Origin: a virus
Taxonomy: Duplodnaviria > Caudoviricetes
Strand: one strand, 5' to 3'
Virus record (IMG/VR): IMGVR_UViG_3300020239_000010
Coordinates: 1 to 34,782 of that record
DNA: 34,782 bases
Shown here: in pieces, positions 16,698-25,161 of the stretch
Numbering within the stretch: position 1 is the stretch's first letter
How the letters are laid out: each line of letters begins with the position of its first letter
Program-made: the position numbers and the translations under genes
The notes under the pieces: model-generated
Databases searched by the model: none
What the model was told of the DNA's origin: nothing
What the model saw: only the letters and a program-made list of their open reading frames with translations

Positions 16698-16814
16698 ATG
16701 TCTGACCTCGAAAAGCGTTACATCATCAATGCTTACAACAAAATGCTCCGTGAGGAGAAAGAGTTGAAGCTTTGCTATCGCGGAACTGCTTACAAAAAAA
16801 CTGTTCTGAACTGA
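16698..16814 (+). CDS. DUF4278-like 'downstream peptide' (38 aa)
   Basis: Manual read MSDLEKRYIINAYNKMLREEKELKLCYRGTAYKKTVLN with the LxYRGxxY motif, directly behind the riboswitch. Confidence 0.8.
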   Translation: MSDLEKRYIINAYNKMLREEKELKLCYRGTAYKKTVLN

Positions 16815-16820
16815 TCTGGT

Positions 16821-16854
16821 GACTCAGGGGGAGGTTCGATTCCTCCCCTCAGTT
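16821..16854 (+). other. tRNA-like minihelix hairpin (T-arm plus acceptor-like stem)
   Basis: GACTCAGG-G-GGAGG-TTCGATT-CCTCC-CCTCAGTT; canonical 7-nt T-loop on a 5-bp stem; no D or anticodon arm. Confidence 0.55.
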
Positions 16855-16855
16855 A

Positions 16856-16937
16856 TTGGCGTTGGCCTTCTACGGAAGATACCCTTCGCCGTCATGACGG
16901 TGGGAAAAGACCACAAAAATTTTGATCGATCGAAAAG
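16856..16937 (+). promoter_or_regulatory. Structured leader / putative regulatory region of the capsid gene
   Basis: CTTC-TACG-GAAG UNCG hairpin 16867-78; perfect palindrome CCGTCATGACGG 16889-900; GTGG..CCAC; TTTTGATCGATCGAAAA near-palindrome. Confidence 0.45.
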
Positions 16938-16968
16938 GTTACATATTTAAGTTTATTTATCCATACAA

Positions 16969-18093
16969 ATGGCACAACAGTCTTCTACGTTGACCACTAG
17001 CCTTACACGGCCTGGTCAAGCTAACTCTGCGGGTAACGCCCGCGCCTTGTACCTTGATCTCTTCTCTGGAGAGATGTTCAAGGGCTTCGAGAATAATGCA
17101 ATCGCTCGTGACCTGGTCATGCGGCGTACCCTGAAGAACGGCAAGTCTCTTCAGTTCATCTACACCGGTCGTACCACGGCTGAGTACCACACCCCAGGCA
17201 ACGCAATCCTCGGTAACACCGACGGTGCGCCTCCGGTGGCCGATAAGACCATCACGGTCGATGACCTGCTGATCAGCTCCGCTTTCGTGTATGAGCTGGA
17301 TGAGACCCTTGCTCATTACGAGCTGCGTGGTGAGATCTCTAAGAAGATCGGCTATGCACTCGCTGAGAAGTATGACCGTCTGATCTTCCGTGCTATCACT
17401 CGCGGTGCTCGTGCTGCTTCACCGATCACCAAGGCTAACTTCCTTGAGCCCGGTGGCACCCAGATCCGTGTCGGTTCTACCACCAACGAATCTGATGCGT
17501 TCAACGCTCAGAACCTGGTGGCCGCCTTCTACGACGCCGCTGCTGCGATGGACGAAAAGGGCATCAGCCAAGACGGACGTGTGGGTGTTCTTAACCCTCG
17601 CCAATACTATGCACTGATCCAAGAGGTCGGTGACAACGGTCTGGTGAACCGCGATGTACAGGGTGACTCCCGTCAGCGCGGACAAGGCATTGTCGAGATC
17701 GCTGGTATCAAGATCTACAAGTCCATGAACATTCCGTTCCTGGGCAAGTACGGTACGAAGTACGGCGGCACCACTGGTGAGACCGATCCTGGTAACACCG
17801 GTAGCTTCATTGCTCCTACTCCTGAAAACGCCTCCGGCGCTACCGCTGGCATCAACAACGACTATGGTACTAACGCCGAATTGGGCGCTAAGTCCTGTGG
17901 TCTTATCTTCCAGAAGGAAGCCGCTGGCGTTGTCGAAACCATTGGACCCCAGGTCCAGGTGACCTCGGGCGACGTGTCTGTGGTTTATCAGGGTGACGTG
18001 ATCCTTGGCCGTCTGGCTATGGGCGCTGATTACCTGAACCCTGCTGCAGCCGTTGAGCTGCACGTGGGCGCTACTGCACCTTCCGCTTTCTGA
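16969..18093 (+). CDS. Major capsid protein (gp10 homologue)
   Basis: ALYLDLFSGEMFKGF, RTLKNGKSLQFIYTGR, ITVDDLLISS, GYALAEKYD, GRLAMGADYLNP; strongly biased codon usage. Confidence 0.98.
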   Translation: MAQQSSTLTTSLTRPGQANSAGNARALYLDLFSGEMFKGFENNAIARDLVMRRTLKNGKSLQFIYTGRTTAEYHTPGNAILGNTDGAPPVADKTITVDDLLISSAFVYELDETLAHYELRGEISKKIGYALAEKYDRLIFRAITRGARAASPITKANFLEPGGTQIRVGSTTNESDAFNAQNLVAAFYDAAAAMDEKGISQDGRVGVLNPRQYYALIQEVGDNGLVNRDVQGDSRQRGQGIVEIAGIKIYKSMNIPFLGKYGTKYGGTTGETDPGNTGSFIAPTPENASGATAGINNDYGTNAELGAKSCGLIFQKEAAGVVETIGPQVQVTSGDVSVVYQGDVILGRLAMGADYLNPAAAVELHVGATAPSAF

Positions 18094-18107
18094 TATTTAT
18101 CTTTTAC

Positions 18108-18135
18108 AAGGGTTCCTTCGGGAGCCCTTTTTTTT
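18108..18135 (+). terminator. Rho-independent terminator after capsid gene (T-phi equivalent)
   Basis: AAGGGTTCC-TTCG-GGAGCCC followed by eight T; cUUCGg tetraloop. Confidence 0.92.
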
Positions 18136-18139
18136 AACT

Positions 18140-18754
18140 ATGGCTACTCCTACTACTATTGATCTCGATACCGAACTATCCGCAGTAAATTCAATCTTGG
18201 GGAGTATCGGTCAGTCTCCAGTTACTAACCTCAATTTCACTAACCCAGAGATTGAGTTTATCTACAACCTCCTTAAAGAAAGCAACGTCGAAGTGCAAAG
18301 TGAAGGTTGGGTTTACAACCGTGAAGATCACTACCCATTCACACCTGACAACAACAAACACATTTTGATTCCTAGCAACGTCCTACGTATGGATGTTTGT
18401 GAGGAAGAAGTTTATCGAACTACTGATGTCGTCAAACGTGACGGCAAGTTGTACAACAAAGTTGAACATACATTCGAGTTTGAAGAACCGCTGGACATGA
18501 ATGTCGTTTGGTTGTTCCCGTTCGAGGACCTTCCTCAACCTTTCAAACGTCTGATCGTCGCCAAAGCTTCTGTTCGTGCTGCTACTCAACTTGTGTCTAA
18601 CCCGACTCTTGTCCAACTCTTAGGACAACAGGAAGCTTATTGCCGTGCAATCGTCACTGAGTACGAATGTAACCAGGGCGATCACAACTTCCTTGGTATG
18701 GGTCAGGGACAAAGTTACCGCTCTTATGAACCCTTCCGTGGATTGCGTCGCTGA
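18140..18754 (+). CDS. Tail tubular protein A (gp11 homologue)
   Basis: TELSAVNSILGSIGQSPV, VQSEGWVYN, FEDLPQPF; position after capsid. Confidence 0.95.
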   Translation: MATPTTIDLDTELSAVNSILGSIGQSPVTNLNFTNPEIEFIYNLLKESNVEVQSEGWVYNREDHYPFTPDNNKHILIPSNVLRMDVCEEEVYRTTDVVKRDGKLYNKVEHTFEFEEPLDMNVVWLFPFEDLPQPFKRLIVAKASVRAATQLVSNPTLVQLLGQQEAYCRAIVTEYECNQGDHNFLGMGQGQSYRSYEPFRGLRR

Positions 18755-21504
18755 TGCCAAGTATTACTCAAACTATTCCTAATTTTTTTGGTGGCATCTC
18801 TAAGGTGCCTGACAGCCAGATGGGTCGGGGTCAAGTCAAAGATGCAGTGAACTGTATCCCCGACCTAAACAAGGGGCTGTATAAACGCCCTGGAGCCAAG
18901 CGTGTAGGTACGTCCGTTTTAGCTAACGCAACGTCTACAGGTGTTTGGTTCCATTACTACAGAGATGAAACCGAAGGTAGCTATATCGGTCAGGTACAGA
19001 CCAACGGTGCAGTGAACATGTGGGATGCCGAAACTGGCAATGCCATTACTGTTTCCTACGAAACTGGTCAGCAATCAAACCTTCAAAACTACCTGTCCAG
19101 TGGAACGATAGGTCCTGAGACATTGCAGTTTACGACTATCAATGACAGCACCTTTGTTGTCAATAGGAACGTGACTGCTGCTATGGAAGCTACGTCTGTT
19201 TCTAAGTCTGCTGAAAGACCCCATACATACTCAGCTTTTGTTGAATTAAAGGTTGTACAAAACGGACGTCAGTACGGACTTAACATTCACGACCCCACCT
19301 CCAACGCTACTACTGCAATCACCACTGCTACACAGATTGCTGCAAACCCAACAGGCCCTGGCTTTGGATATTTCCCTGGTTCTACAGGTCATTGCCCTCA
19401 CACAGGCACAAAACTGTTTACATTAAATAGCGGAACTACTAAAAAAAACCTTGTATTCCGTATCACAACTACTGGACAGCAGGGGCGGGTGCCTAGTTCT
19501 AATGATGACGATCCCGAAGCAGCTGACTTCACTTGCTCTTATTCACACCGTGTGGATCTTTTCCATGGTGGAGAGGGCTGGACTGTCGGCAGTGCAGGTA
19601 CTGTCACAATGGAAGGAGCAAACTATCCTATTGTTGTTGAAAAAGTAGAAACAGTTAATGTACGTGCATCTATCAAAGCTGTACGTCCAGTACCTACTGC
19701 TTTTGATCAACAAACAAATGTCACACCTGACACGATTTTAGGTGGCATACAGGGTGAGCTGGCTGGTCTTACTGGTATCAACGTTGACGTTATCGGCAAT
19801 GGACTTTACATTTACAGCGATACAGTCAACTTTACTGTCGAGGCACAAAACAGTGACTTGATGACAGTCATTACTGACACTGTTAATGATGTAACAGGTC
19901 TACCTTTCCAATGTAAGCACGGGTACATCGTAAAAGTATCTAATAGCAGTAGCGCTGACGATGATTACTATCTGCGTTTTGAAGGCAATGGTGGTGGTTC
20001 CGGTCCTGGATCATGGGTTGAGTGTGCTGAACCTGGCATTGCTAACACCATAAATCCTTTGACTGTACCTCCTGTTATTCAACGTCAAGCTAACGGTCAG
20101 TTTATTGTCAAGCGTTTTACTTATTCGACACGTGACGTTGGTGATGATAATACGAATCCAGTGCCTAGCTTCATTGGCAAAACAATCAACAAGGTTTTGT
20201 TTTTCCGAAACCGTCTTGGATTTTTAAGTGATGAAAATGTCATTCTATCCCAACCAGGTGACCTGGGGAACTTCTTTGTCAACACTGCTCTCACAGTTTC
20301 AGGCACTGACCCCATCGACATTAGTTGTTCTTCTAAGTATCCTGCTATCCTGTTTGATGCTCTTGAAATAAACACTGGTCTCATTGTATTTGCAGAGAAC
20401 CAACAGTTTCTGCTTGCCACTGATTCGGATATTCTTAACCCAGATACAGCACGTTTAAGCAGCATTAGTACGTATAACTACAACACCGCTGTACCACCAT
20501 TTTCATTGGGAACTATTGCTGGTTTCTTGGACAATGCAGGTGCTCATACTCGTTTCTTTGTCATGTCAAATGTGGCACGTGAAGGCGAGCCTAATGTGAA
20601 CGAGCTAAGCAAAGTGGTATCTACTGCTCTCAGTAAAGATATTGACTTACTTGCTGACTCACGTGAAAACACCACCATTTTCTTTGGCAAAAAGAACAGT
20701 GATGAGGTGTTTGGTTACAAGTACTTTAATGTGTCTGATAAGCAGCTTCAATCATCTTGGTTCCGTTGGAAACATACACGACCACTTGCTTATCATTGTT
20801 GTGTAAATGACACGTATATTTTTGTCGATGATCAATTTTTCCTGCAAAGGATCAATTTCCTCAGAGATGATGATACCACATTTACTGAAAACAATAACGA
20901 ATATATTCTCCATTTAGATAACTATGTGGAGATGACAGGTGGTACTTTCAATAGTACTACTAGACAAACCACCTTTACTTTGCCTTGGCTGGCTAACATT
21001 ACAGATAAGTCTGTAGATCTTGTAGCTGTAAAACCAGGCGTTGATGGTCTGATTGTTTTGAACGTTGATGTTCCGACTAGCGGTAACAATGTCACTGTAC
21101 CTGGCAACGAACCAACTCTGACATTTGGGTATAACTACACCATGCAGGTTGACCTTCCTAGGTTCTTTGTTCAAAAAGTCGCTGGTGAAAGAACAGTCAA
21201 TGAAGAACGTGGCAGCCTCGTTGTTCACAGGGTAAAACCTTCCTTTGGTCGGTTAGGTCAGTACCAATCAGTTGTGTCTAGAACTGGCAAGGCTGATTAT
21301 GTTGATGACTTCACGTCAAGTACATATAACCAATACTTTGTAGCTGACGTACAAGTCGAAGACGAGCATACTGGAACAATCCCTGTTTACGAAAAAAACA
21401 ATAACTTTAACTTATCAATCAAATCAACTTCGCCTCTTCCGGCAACACTTATTTCTTTGACTTGGGAGGGTGATTACTCTCCCAAATACTACAAGAATGT
21501 CTAA
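18754..21504 (+). CDS. Tail tubular protein B (gp12 homologue)
   Basis: ITQTIPNFFGGIS, GLYKRPG, PSFIG, FFRNRLGFLS, DPIDI, SSWFRW, WEG C-terminus. Confidence 0.95.
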   Translation: MPSITQTIPNFFGGISKVPDSQMGRGQVKDAVNCIPDLNKGLYKRPGAKRVGTSVLANATSTGVWFHYYRDETEGSYIGQVQTNGAVNMWDAETGNAITVSYETGQQSNLQNYLSSGTIGPETLQFTTINDSTFVVNRNVTAAMEATSVSKSAERPHTYSAFVELKVVQNGRQYGLNIHDPTSNATTAITTATQIAANPTGPGFGYFPGSTGHCPHTGTKLFTLNSGTTKKNLVFRITTTGQQGRVPSSNDDDPEAADFTCSYSHRVDLFHGGEGWTVGSAGTVTMEGANYPIVVEKVETVNVRASIKAVRPVPTAFDQQTNVTPDTILGGIQGELAGLTGINVDVIGNGLYIYSDTVNFTVEAQNSDLMTVITDTVNDVTGLPFQCKHGYIVKVSNSSSADDDYYLRFEGNGGGSGPGSWVECAEPGIANTINPLTVPPVIQRQANGQFIVKRFTYSTRDVGDDNTNPVPSFIGKTINKVLFFRNRLGFLSDENVILSQPGDLGNFFVNTALTVSGTDPIDISCSSKYPAILFDALEINTGLIVFAENQQFLLATDSDILNPDTARLSSISTYNYNTAVPPFSLGTIAGFLDNAGAHTRFFVMSNVAREGEPNVNELSKVVSTALSKDIDLLADSRENTTIFFGKKNSDEVFGYKYFNVSDKQLQSSWFRWKHTRPLAYHCCVNDTYIFVDDQFFLQRINFLRDDDTTFTENNNEYILHLDNYVEMTGGTFNSTTRQTTFTLPWLANITDKSVDLVAVKPGVDGLIVLNVDVPTSGNNVTVPGNEPTLTFGYNYTMQVDLPRFFVQKVAGERTVNEERGSLVVHRVKPSFGRLGQYQSVVSRTGKADYVDDFTSSTYNQYFVADVQVEDEHTGTIPVYEKNNNFNLSIKSTSPLPATLISLTWEGDYSPKYYKNV

Positions 21505-21967
21505 GTACATTTATCCACTCACTAAAGAGGTCGCTATGGAAGTGGCCTCTAATTTACGCCCTGACGACTATAGGGAGGTTACTGAGGGGCATGGTCACAA
21601 CCCCTTCTATAGCCTCCTTACAGGAGCTTCTGTGGGCTACTCAGGAGCTTGGTTGACACCCGACAACAAGTGGGGTGCCGCCTTTGGTATAGGTCCCGAG
21701 AACGGGATCTGGATGTTATGCACTCCTGAGATACACAAACATCCGATGTCATTCGCACGTAAGTGCAAAAGATTTATTGACAGTAGACCAGAGAAGGTGC
21801 TGTGGAACATTGTTGACAAGCGCAACACTACCCATCTAAAGCTCCTTCGTTTTCTTGGATTTAAGTTCTTGCGTGAAGTTACTTACGGTCCAAACAATTT
21901 AACCTTTATAGAATTTTGCCGTGTGCGAACCAGTAACAGCCCTAACAGCAGTAGCTGGAGGAATTAA
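21497..21967 (+). CDS. gp13-like protein (internal virion protein A / acetyltransferase-like fold)
   Basis: NLRPDDYREV, IWMLCT, LWNIVDKRN..HLKLLRFLGF; position after gp12. Confidence 0.85.
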   Translation: MSKYIYPLTKEVAMEVASNLRPDDYREVTEGHGHNPFYSLLTGASVGYSGAWLTPDNKWGAAFGIGPENGIWMLCTPEIHKHPMSFARKCKRFIDSRPEKVLWNIVDKRNTTHLKLLRFLGFKFLREVTYGPNNLTFIEFCRVRTSNSPNSSSWRN

Positions 21968-22640
21968 AGCATTTGGTGGTTTAGCGGCTGCTAGCAGTCA
22001 AAAGAGTGCTGTGGCCCGTGATTGGGAACGTCAAATGGAGTTCCGTAAGCTGAACTTCATGCGTGACCAGGGGCGCTATAAGCTAAAACTTGCCAGATAT
22101 GACCAACAAATAGATGAAAATGCTTTAGCTGCCAGTGCAGCTTTTGCTAAAGAACAAGCTTGGCTTAATGATCAATACAGTTTAGCGTCTGTTAAATACC
22201 AAAATGACTTCATCAACATTGCAAAACGTTTGAAATATGTTGGTGAGGGTAATACCGCAAGGCGTTTGCGTTCTTTGCCGTTTGCTGAGTTGGGTCGTAT
22301 GAAAGCCATGCAAGTTTCCAACCTTATCCGTGCCCGTGAAAAGGTTGATGGCTTTGGACGTAACCTTAAGACAAAACTTCGATCCGCTAATCAACGTGCT
22401 TTTGACGCTGTTGGACCAATTCCAATGCCTGGTATTGCTCCGCCTAAGCCTGATATGGATATGACTGGTGCCTCTATTAACTTCCTTGGTGATATTGCTG
22501 GAACAGCCACTAGTGCTTATGGGGCATATCAAAAGAGCCTGCCGCCAACCGATCCGTTTCGTAAATTAAACACAAGCGAATTAAACATTAGTGGTGTCCA
22601 AGAATACATGCCTAGTACTACCGATTACTACAGTAACTAA
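21921..22640 (+). CDS. Internal virion protein B (gp14 homologue)
   Basis: MCEP start (GTG), Ala/Gly-rich hydrophobic N-terminus, synteny. Confidence 0.8.
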   Translation: MCEPVTALTAVAGGIKAFGGLAAASSQKSAVARDWERQMEFRKLNFMRDQGRYKLKLARYDQQIDENALAASAAFAKEQAWLNDQYSLASVKYQNDFINIAKRLKYVGEGNTARRLRSLPFAELGRMKAMQVSNLIRAREKVDGFGRNLKTKLRSANQRAFDAVGPIPMPGIAPPKPDMDMTGASINFLGDIAGTATSAYGAYQKSLPPTDPFRKLNTSELNISGVQEYMPSTTDYYSN

Positions 22641-25159
22641 TGACTTTTACCTCGTTTAACAGGGGAGGATCCTTTCAACCTGTACAGGTATCAAGTCCCC
22701 TTCAGGCTTACGACGAAAACGTACGTAAACAACAGGCTGCCGAAGCACAATATATGGCAGCCATGCGTGCCAATGATCGAGCACGTCTAAAAGATCTTCA
22801 ACTGGCCTTTAGTGGTCTTGAAAAAATCTCTACTTCTATTACTAAATACGCTGAACAAAAGCGTGACGAGTTTCAAAAGAAAGAGATGCAGCGTGGAATG
22901 TACATCGCCTACAACGGCGGTGTTCCACAAGAAGAACTTGATGACCTTAACGTACAAGAACAAGAAGGCGAAGCTCTTGATCAACAGACACGTGAAGTAG
23001 CGAACAAGGTTGAACAAGACGGTGACCCTTACACCGCACAGAACATCCGCAAGATGTCTGCCTGGGCTCAGTACGGCTATGCCGTGCAGTCCCTTCAAAT
23101 GGGCGGTGCTGCTTACGGTTCACACTTTGCAGAAAAGCGTTCTACTACTAAGGTCAACATTAACGGTGAGGACGTTACTTACGACTCAGCCGTTACACCT
23201 CAACAACGTGCCGCTGTTTCGGCTCAAATCAGACAAGACTATTTAGATCGATTCGCAGAGTTCAACCCTGTGATGGCAGCTAAGTATATGTTTCCCAGCA
23301 TTCAAAAGTTTGAAGAAAAGGAAGCAATTAAATGGTCCGATGCTTACTCCAAACGTTTACAAGAGGAAAGAGTTACTGAAGCCAAGGACCAACTTACTGC
23401 TGGTTTGTACTCAGAAAACGGAGGTCAGGCGTACCTCAGCATGATTACCACCCGAGCATCTGATTTCGGCGGTGCAGGTAAGGCTCGTGAAGCCGCCTCC
23501 AAGATGCTCATCGAAATGATTGACAATGACGAAATTACAGAAACTCAAGTCCGTGCCCTTATGGGTCATGAGTTTGATCATCGTGGCATGGGTCGGACCA
23601 CCATTGGGAAAGCCTTTAAGCGGGACTTTGTAAAGGTAGAAAAGAAGCTACAAGAGGCTCGTGTAAATAGATCGTCACTTGCCGAAAAAGAACTTACTGC
23701 CCGTCGTAACGATTTCAAAAACAAATTCCTCGAACTTGTAAACGAACGCGACGAGAGCGGAGTTCCGCTTACTGATGAACAAATAGATGAACTAAACGTT
23801 TCCTACCGCCAACAGGGTTTAGGATTAAAAAGTGACATGTTGGATAACTACAGGACTGCGGAAGAGCGTGATGCTGATGAAGCAAAGGAGATGTTAGAAG
23901 CCAAGAAAGCTACCCGTGGTTACTACATTGAATCTGACCTTAACGGTATGCCTCAGTCGGTGCGTGCTGCGTATATTGATCAAGTCAAGCAAGACACAAG
24001 CATAACTTCTGCTGGTGAAAGCTTTACTTCTGGTGCTAACAGACGTATCCAGGGTGCTGTCAATGATAGGTTCCAATACCAGGAAGGTAAAACAAAACCG
24101 ACTGGTGGCTTTGAAAAATATGAACGTGTCTTAGAGCGTGCTCAACGTGATTATCAAAAACAGTTCAGGCAGTTAATGCTTTCTGGCAAAGTTGATGCTG
24201 AGGGCGCACATGAGCAAGCTATTGCTAGGGTCGCGACTGCTATCAATAATGGTAGTTATGATACCATAGAAGTTACAAACAACACTACTCGTCAACAACA
24301 ACTTGTAGACCTTCGTCGATCACTCCTCGACCCCCAAGCACCTCCTGCTTCAGGAATGATGGATGACGTGGCCCAAGCTGTTGCTTACTTCCAAACACAA
24401 GCTGGAAACCTTCCTGAAGGTGTTGCTCCTGTTCGGACTTTGCCTGACATATTTGCCATTGCTACGGCTGGTACTGGCTATACTGCTGTTGATGGTGCTT
24501 TGAGTGAACTTGCCAAGCGTGGCTTTGTTGGTTTTAAGAAACCTGCTATTGAACAAAAGGTGGATGAACTCAGTCCTGTTCATCAAACTCTTTTGAGAAA
24601 AAACAATACCACAGGTCGCACACTGCGTGTGCTGCAAGAGATTGGCCTTACTGATGAAGCTGAATGGGCACTTGGACTTACTATGTCTAAGGAATCTGGA
24701 GCAAAGTATGGTTGGTTTAATGCATTTAATCAAGGCGGAGCGGACAACGGCTATACATCAATTAACCCTGGCGATAGCTCTAAAGATCTAAGTCAAGATG
24801 TTTTATCAATGACACTCGGTGAGATCAAACGACGCATGGACTTGCCTAAGGGTCACCCTGAAGCACTATTCGCAACCGGCGCAACTCAATTTACACCAGG
24901 GACATTTCATGAAACACAGCGTCGTTTAGGTCTTCCTGATGACACAATTTTTTCCAAAAAAGTACAAGCTGATTTTTGGTACGAACGTGGTAAGCAAAGA
25001 GTTAGCTGGGGTGGAGGCACCCAAGGTTTAATCAACGAATGGCGTGGTCTCAAATTCGCAAGCGAAGAAGAGCGACAACGTCTTTTAAGGTTTTTCCAAA
25101 ACAGTGCTGGTATTTATCAAAACCCAATCAATACGTTGCCTGGGCTCAAATATAACTAA
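22640..25159 (+). CDS. Internal virion protein C (gp15 homologue) with C-terminal lysozyme-like domain
   Basis: 839 aa, helical; synteny; C-terminal KESG..NAFNQGG..MTLGEI..ATGATQFTPGT..EWRGL. Confidence 0.8.
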   Translation: MTFTSFNRGGSFQPVQVSSPLQAYDENVRKQQAAEAQYMAAMRANDRARLKDLQLAFSGLEKISTSITKYAEQKRDEFQKKEMQRGMYIAYNGGVPQEELDDLNVQEQEGEALDQQTREVANKVEQDGDPYTAQNIRKMSAWAQYGYAVQSLQMGGAAYGSHFAEKRSTTKVNINGEDVTYDSAVTPQQRAAVSAQIRQDYLDRFAEFNPVMAAKYMFPSIQKFEEKEAIKWSDAYSKRLQEERVTEAKDQLTAGLYSENGGQAYLSMITTRASDFGGAGKAREAASKMLIEMIDNDEITETQVRALMGHEFDHRGMGRTTIGKAFKRDFVKVEKKLQEARVNRSSLAEKELTARRNDFKNKFLELVNERDESGVPLTDEQIDELNVSYRQQGLGLKSDMLDNYRTAEERDADEAKEMLEAKKATRGYYIESDLNGMPQSVRAAYIDQVKQDTSITSAGESFTSGANRRIQGAVNDRFQYQEGKTKPTGGFEKYERVLERAQRDYQKQFRQLMLSGKVDAEGAHEQAIARVATAINNGSYDTIEVTNNTTRQQQLVDLRRSLLDPQAPPASGMMDDVAQAVAYFQTQAGNLPEGVAPVRTLPDIFAIATAGTGYTAVDGALSELAKRGFVGFKKPAIEQKVDELSPVHQTLLRKNNTTGRTLRVLQEIGLTDEAEWALGLTMSKESGAKYGWFNAFNQGGADNGYTSINPGDSSKDLSQDVLSMTLGEIKRRMDLPKGHPEALFATGATQFTPGTFHETQRRLGLPDDTIFSKKVQADFWYERGKQRVSWGGGTQGLINEWRGLKFASEEERQRLLRFFQNSAGIYQNPINTLPGLKYN

Positions 25160-25161
25160 GC

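Noticed and set aside
16815-16860. Full tRNA gene
   Set aside because: Only a T-arm and acceptor-like helix are present; no D or anticodon arm and no CCA. Reported as a minihelix instead.
16922-16950. Sigma70 promoter (TTGATC as -35) before the capsid gene
   Set aside because: No convincing TANNNT -10 element at 16-18 bp spacing.
17419-18063. 214-aa minus-strand ORF opposite the capsid gene, and other antisense ORFs such as 2856-3392, 10137-10655 and 12933-13370
   Set aside because: Shadows of strongly biased + strand codon usage; no motifs, and T7-like genomes are transcribed from one strand.
18053-18140. Open frame linking the capsid 3' end to gp11 (possible 10B-like frameshift extension)
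   Set aside because: It would need a +1 shift with no evident slippery site and reads through the terminator hairpin; the true gp11 start is most likely ATG 18140.
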